Source: Bacilli bacterium
GTDB taxonomy: Bacteria; Bacillota_I; Bacilli_A; ML615J-28; CAG-313
Direction of reading: 5' to 3'
Length of the DNA: 63,871 nt
Assembly: GCA_045612145.1 (NCBI GenBank)
Contig: JAZKYN010000136.1
Location: forward strand, 1-63,871
Shown: piece by piece, positions 59,768 through 63,871 of the stretch
How positions within the stretch are numbered: the stretch's first letter is position 1
Layout: every line of letters starts with the position of its first letter
The notes under the pieces: generated by a model
The model's input: the letters and a program-made list of their open reading frames with translations, nothing else
The model's database searches: none
Told to the model about the DNA's origin: nothing
Program-made: the position numbers and the translations under genes

Positions 59768-60448
59768 CTATTTTATCATTTCTAATACTTTTTTTGAAAC
59801 TTTTTCTACTGCTTTTGTTGAAAAAGATAAATAATCGAATTTATTAGTTGAACCAATGATGTCTGATATTGCACGCATAATAATAAATTTTACATCATTT
59901 AGTGTACAAATTTGAGCGATAGAACCAGACTCCATATCAAATGCTAATACATTTTCATCGTTGAAATATTTCTTTACAAGTGTATCACATTTTTCATAAT
60001 TATCAACAAATTGATCACCAGTTAAAATACTTCCAATTTTACAGTCATCAATATTATTTAATAAATTATAACTAGATTCAAACCCATGAGGTAAACCTTC
60101 GATTTGTCCATATTTATATGCACCTGCAATAGGACTTGTCATATCAACATCTGAATAGAAAACTTTATCAGCAACAACAATATCAAGTGGATTTAACTCT
60201 TTACTATATCCACCAGCAATTCCCGTATTAATTATTAAACAAGGATTGAAATGTTCAATAAGTAAAGTTGTTGCAACAGCGGCATTTACTTTGCCAATTC
60301 CAGCTTTGGTAAACACAACTTTATTATCTAAATAAATTCCTTCATAAAATGTAATGTTACAAATTTTATGTTCTTTTGTACAATTAAAGACTTCTTTAAA
60401 ATGTACAATTTCTTTTTCCATTGCAACAATTATTCCGTACGTGTTCAT
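59768..60448 (-). CDS. mtnN: 5'-methylthioadenosine/S-adenosylhomocysteine nucleosidase
   Basis: 226 aa with IIVAMEKE, GIAGG, FDMESGSIAQ and RAISD motifs. Confidence 0.9.
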   Translation of the reverse strand: MNTYGIIVAMEKEIVHFKEVFNCTKEHKICNITFYEGIYLDNKVVFTKAGIGKVNAAVATTLLIEHFNPCLIINTGIAGGYSKELNPLDIVVADKVFYSDVDMTSPIAGAYKYGQIEGLPHGFESSYNLLNNIDDCKIGSILTGDQFVDNYEKCDTLVKKYFNDENVLAFDMESGSIAQICTLNDVKFIIMRAISDIIGSTNKFDYLSFSTKAVEKVSKKVLEMIK

Positions 60449-60948
60449 TATTTTTTCTTAGCTTTTGCTTTTTTAGCATCATCAGAAATGTTGATGATTT
60501 CAACTTCAAATTTTTCACCATCTTCAGTGTTAACAAGAACTTTATCACCTTTTTTAGCGTGTAAAATAACTTTACCAAGAGGAGATTCATCTGAAATTTT
60601 TTGTTCTAAAGGGTTTGCTTGAACTGTACCAACAAGTTGATAAGTTTCTTCTTCTGCTCCTTCTTCATCTAAGAATTTAACTGTAATAAATTTACCTAAG
60701 TTTGTTTTTTCATCTTCTTGAATTAAAACATAGTTATTTAAAATATTTTCAGTTTCTTTTAAAGCTGCAGCAATAATAGCTTGTTGATTTCTAGCCGCAT
60801 CATAGTCAGCATTTTCTGATAAGTCACCTTGTGATCTTGCATCTTGTAAAGCGACGATATTTTTTCTTTCAGCTTCTTTTAATTCGGTATATTTCTTAAG
60901 CTGTTCTTCATAACCTTCTTTTGTTAAATATATTTTTTGTTGTGCCAT
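60448..60948 (-). CDS. greA: transcription elongation factor GreA
   Basis: 166 aa with the coiled-coil tip GDLSENADYDAA and the C-terminal domain PLGKVILHAKKGD. It also has a short Lys-rich tail. Confidence 0.92.
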   Translation of the reverse strand: MAQQKIYLTKEGYEEQLKKYTELKEAERKNIVALQDARSQGDLSENADYDAARNQQAIIAAALKETENILNNYVLIQEDEKTNLGKFITVKFLDEEGAEEETYQLVGTVQANPLEQKISDESPLGKVILHAKKGDKVLVNTEDGEKFEVEIINISDDAKKAKAKKK

Positions 60949-61018
60949 AATTGACCCACCTTTCTTTTTTCTCGGGTATTATTATACCATATTTTATATG
61001 TTTTTTGCAAGTATTTAC

Positions 61019-62224
61019 CTATTTTACTTTTCTCATCATATCATGTTGTTTTATATCAACATCAATATTAATTAGAAGTTTTTGTAATGGATGTCTTGCA
61101 ACAGTAAGTTCTTCTTTTGTTTCAAAGTCTACTATATTATTAATTTTTGTTCTAGCATTTTCAAGATTAGGTCCAAAGAATTCAACGCTGTCTCCTACTT
61201 CAAAATAGTTTCTTTGTTCAATTAATGCAGTTTTAGTATCCTTATTATAATCTAATACATAACCAATATATTCTTTTGTAGGATGTTCTTCTCTAGTATC
61301 ATATAATTGTTCATTAATTGTAACCATGCCATTTAAAAAACCAGTACTTGTAAGACGGTTTTCTGCTTTATTGATTTCTTCTGTATATTCTAAATAATCT
61401 TGTTCTGTAAGTTCTTTACACTCATAGTATTTATCAATTAATTTTCTATAGCATCTTACAACAGTTGCAAGATAATATGTTGATTTCATTCTTCCTTCAA
61501 TTTTAAGTGAAGCAATATTCATATCAATCATTTGAGGAATCTCACGAATAGCCATTAAATCTTTAGAACCCATATTAAAATAAAGATTTTTCGGTGGAAC
61601 TCGTTTTGAACCTTTATATAATACATAATTCCATCTACATGAATGAGCACAACCTCCACGGTTAGCATCACGTTTAGTCATATGATTACTTAAAACACAT
61701 CTTCCTGAATAGCTTGAGCACATTCCACCATGAATAAATACTTCAAGTTCAAGATTTGAATTGTCTTTAATCTTTTTCATTTCGTTAAGAGTAACTTCTC
61801 TTGCAAGAACAACTCTTGTACAACCAAGTTTTTCATAAAACTTTATTGTTCTACTATTTGTAATTGATGTTTGAGTAGAAACATGTCTTTCAATGCTAGG
61901 TGCAACCCTTTTTGCAGTTTCCATAATATGAATACTTGATGTAATAATTGCATCAACTTTTGCATTTTCTAAGTCTTTTAAATATTCTTCAAGATAATCT
62001 AAATCTTCATCATGCGGAATAATATTCATAGTTATATAAACTTTTTTATTAAGTCCATGAGCAAAATCACATAATTCTTTAATATCGCACACATCAAAGT
62101 TTGATGCTCTTGCTCTTAAACTAAATTTTTTACCACCAACATATACAGCATCAGCGCCATATAACAATGCAATTTTTGCTTTTTCTAAATTTCCTGCAGG
62201 AGCTAATAATTCGATTTTATTCAT
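61019..62224 (-). CDS. peptidase U32 family protein (YrrO/TrhP-like, probable tRNA U34 hydroxylation factor)
   Basis: 401 aa with the U32 signature region (EVFIHGGMCSSYSGRCVLSN...GGCAHSCRW). It is the third gene of a yrrM-yrrN-yrrO-like cluster. Confidence 0.8.
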   Translation of the reverse strand: MNKIELLAPAGNLEKAKIALLYGADAVYVGGKKFSLRARASNFDVCDIKELCDFAHGLNKKVYITMNIIPHDEDLDYLEEYLKDLENAKVDAIITSSIHIMETAKRVAPSIERHVSTQTSITNSRTIKFYEKLGCTRVVLAREVTLNEMKKIKDNSNLELEVFIHGGMCSSYSGRCVLSNHMTKRDANRGGCAHSCRWNYVLYKGSKRVPPKNLYFNMGSKDLMAIREIPQMIDMNIASLKIEGRMKSTYYLATVVRCYRKLIDKYYECKELTEQDYLEYTEEINKAENRLTSTGFLNGMVTINEQLYDTREEHPTKEYIGYVLDYNKDTKTALIEQRNYFEVGDSVEFFGPNLENARTKINNIVDFETKEELTVARHPLQKLLINIDVDIKQHDMMRKVK

Positions 62225-63080
62225 TATTAGTCACCTCGCTTTTTAATAAAACTGATTTAGATTCCATAATACCTTTATATAATAATATATTTGTATTTAC
62301 TAAATCAACTTCGTTCATATTTAAGTATGAATCAACTACTTTTTTATATGTTGTCGCATTAAGCGTTGCACTATTTATAATTACATAATCAACATTATTT
62401 AATTCTTTCAATTCACTCATTAAATAATAGTGTTTACTTTCGTAAACATATGCACCATGAATATCTTCATAAATATGATACAATTCTTCTCTAAATTCTT
62501 CTTTCAAATTATAATCTTTATCAAATGGATTAAGTCCTAAATCTCTATATTTAAAATAGTTTGTTAAAAGTGGTCTTTTTGAATAAAAAACAACTGATTT
62601 ACCAAATCCATAAATAATTACATTTTTATTAATTTGATTAGTTAAGTCTTTTAATTCATCAACAGATATTTGATTTGAAACAACTACATATTCATTATAT
62701 TTTGAATATTCTAATACATCCATTTTATTAGTTGTATAAGTATAAGCATCATATACGGCTTTATTTGAAATATTTAATTCTTCAAATACATCAAGCAAAC
62801 CTAAATCAGAATATAAAACAAATTTAACTTTTTCAAGTTTAATTTGTTTTAATGTTTCAATTAACTTTTCAATTTCATCTTCATGAAATAATCTATTAAC
62901 TTTTAATGACACTTTAATAGTATCTTTATACATTAATAATTCATTTAATTCATCAATTGTTAATTTTAAAGAGTCACCTGATGTTAAATAATTAGTGCCA
63001 ACTAAAATATCTGTTTTTCTTCTACAGTTTAAAAACTGTTTTGCTTGTGAAAAAGTAACAGGTTCAAAAATAAATTTCAT
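62217..63080 (-). CDS. peptidase U32 family protein (YrrN-like)
   Basis: About 287 aa, paired with the larger U32 gene by an 8-nt overlap. The start is set at ATG 63080 (MKFIFEPVTF), after GGAGA. The track ORF overlaps the upstream gene by 68 nt. Confidence 0.7.
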   Translation of the reverse strand: MKFIFEPVTFSQAKQFLNCRRKTDILVGTNYLTSGDSLKLTIDELNELLMYKDTIKVSLKVNRLFHEDEIEKLIETLKQIKLEKVKFVLYSDLGLLDVFEELNISNKAVYDAYTYTTNKMDVLEYSKYNEYVVVSNQISVDELKDLTNQINKNVIIYGFGKSVVFYSKRPLLTNYFKYRDLGLNPFDKDYNLKEEFREELYHIYEDIHGAYVYESKHYYLMSELKELNNVDYVIINSATLNATTYKKVVDSYLNMNEVDLVNTNILLYKGIMESKSVLLKSEVTNNE

Positions 63081-63081
63081 T

Positions 63082-63708
63082 TTAATTTCTCCTTGTTGTA
63101 ATGGCAAGCCCATCACCAGTATCAATAAAAACAGTTTTGAAACTTTCATGATTAGTTAAGAAATTATTATATGCATCAATTTTCTTAACCATGTTTTTAA
63201 CATTTTTGCTTTGTCCTTCGCTATTTTCAACACAACCATGGAATAATAAATTATCAGTAACAATTATTCCATCTTTTTTTAGAAGTGGTTCAAATTTATT
63301 AAAGAACTTTTCCGATTGAGCTTTTGCTGCATCAATAAAAATCAGATCATATTCTTTCTCTAATCTATTCATATCTATTTCTAACGCATCAGAGAAATGA
63401 ACATTAATTTGCTCTTCAAGACCAAAGTCTTTTATGTTCTTTATTGCAAGTTGATATATTTCTTCATTTCTTTCGATAGTATCAACAATAATTTTTTTAT
63501 CAAGTAATGCCATATTAATGCTTGAATATGCGATAGCTGTTCCAATTTCTAATATTTTTCTAACTTTATTTGTATTAATTAAAGCACATATAACCATTAA
63601 TGAGTCATATTCAATAATAGGAACATCATTGATTTCTGCATATTCTTCTAGATACGTTACATCTTTTATTTGTTGTTTTCTATTTAAGTTTTCTAAGTAT
63701 TTGTTCAT
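63082..63708 (-). CDS. trmR: class I SAM-dependent O-methyltransferase (YrrM/TrmR-like)
   Basis: 208 aa with the SAM motif ILEIGTAIAYS and the later FIDAAK. It lies upstream of the U32 pair, as in B. subtilis yrrMNO. Confidence 0.75.
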   Translation of the reverse strand: MNKYLENLNRKQQIKDVTYLEEYAEINDVPIIEYDSLMVICALINTNKVRKILEIGTAIAYSSINMALLDKKIIVDTIERNEEIYQLAIKNIKDFGLEEQINVHFSDALEIDMNRLEKEYDLIFIDAAKAQSEKFFNKFEPLLKKDGIIVTDNLLFHGCVENSEGQSKNVKNMVKKIDAYNNFLTNHESFKTVFIDTGDGLAITTRRN

Positions 63709-63871
63709 ATTTATAACCTCATTAATTATTATACCATAAAATGCATATTTTTTAAAGAAAAATACTACAAATAGGTTTAATTGAATTTAGATAACATTAG
63801 ATTGCATGCTTCTTTATATTTACTACATCTTATATTTATTTCTATTAATTCATTTTTAAAAACATTTTCAA

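Overview
This is a low-GC (about 30% by eye) Bacillota-type chromosomal segment using the standard genetic code. Nearly all genes lie on the minus strand, in Bacillus-like core synteny. In window order the genes are: an M16 peptidase pair, deoD-deoC, ileS joined to a yggS-sepF-ylmH division cluster, a stand-alone tRNA-Arg(CCG), argS, metK followed by a GH4 glycosidase and a BadF-type kinase, ispG, the full pyrB-pyrC-carA-carB-pyrK-pyrD-pyrF-pyrE operon, nfo, a DEAD-box helicase, mtaB, rsmE, hrcA-grpE-dnaK-dnaJ with CIRCE operators, yqeG-yqeH-yqeK-rsfS, a sigK-like sporulation sigma factor, tcdA, mtnN, greA and the trmR/U32 (yrrMNO-like) cluster. The main anomaly is a 15.5-kb block between dnaJ and rsmE, where prmA sits in Bacillus. 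It holds two separately transcribed lipoprotein genes of 910 aa and 4103 aa. The 4103-aa protein has 19 Listeria-Bacteroides-type repeats, nine of which carry a nested helical module of about 120-140 aa that I cannot assign to a family. Four of those modules are near-identical at the DNA level. The protein also has two tandem beta-helix modules and a C-terminal Amidase_2-like domain split by an insertion of about 120 aa. Other notable points are a CarA small subunit lacking the whole Cys-His-Glu glutaminase triad, a sigK-like gene with no canonical start codon, and the absence of the usual Firmicute leader RNAs (T-box, S-box, PyrR attenuator). I saw no CRISPR array, prophage, intact IS element or rRNA. 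Domain boundaries are approximate (about +/-30 nt), and all similarity calls come from motif recognition by eye, not database searches.
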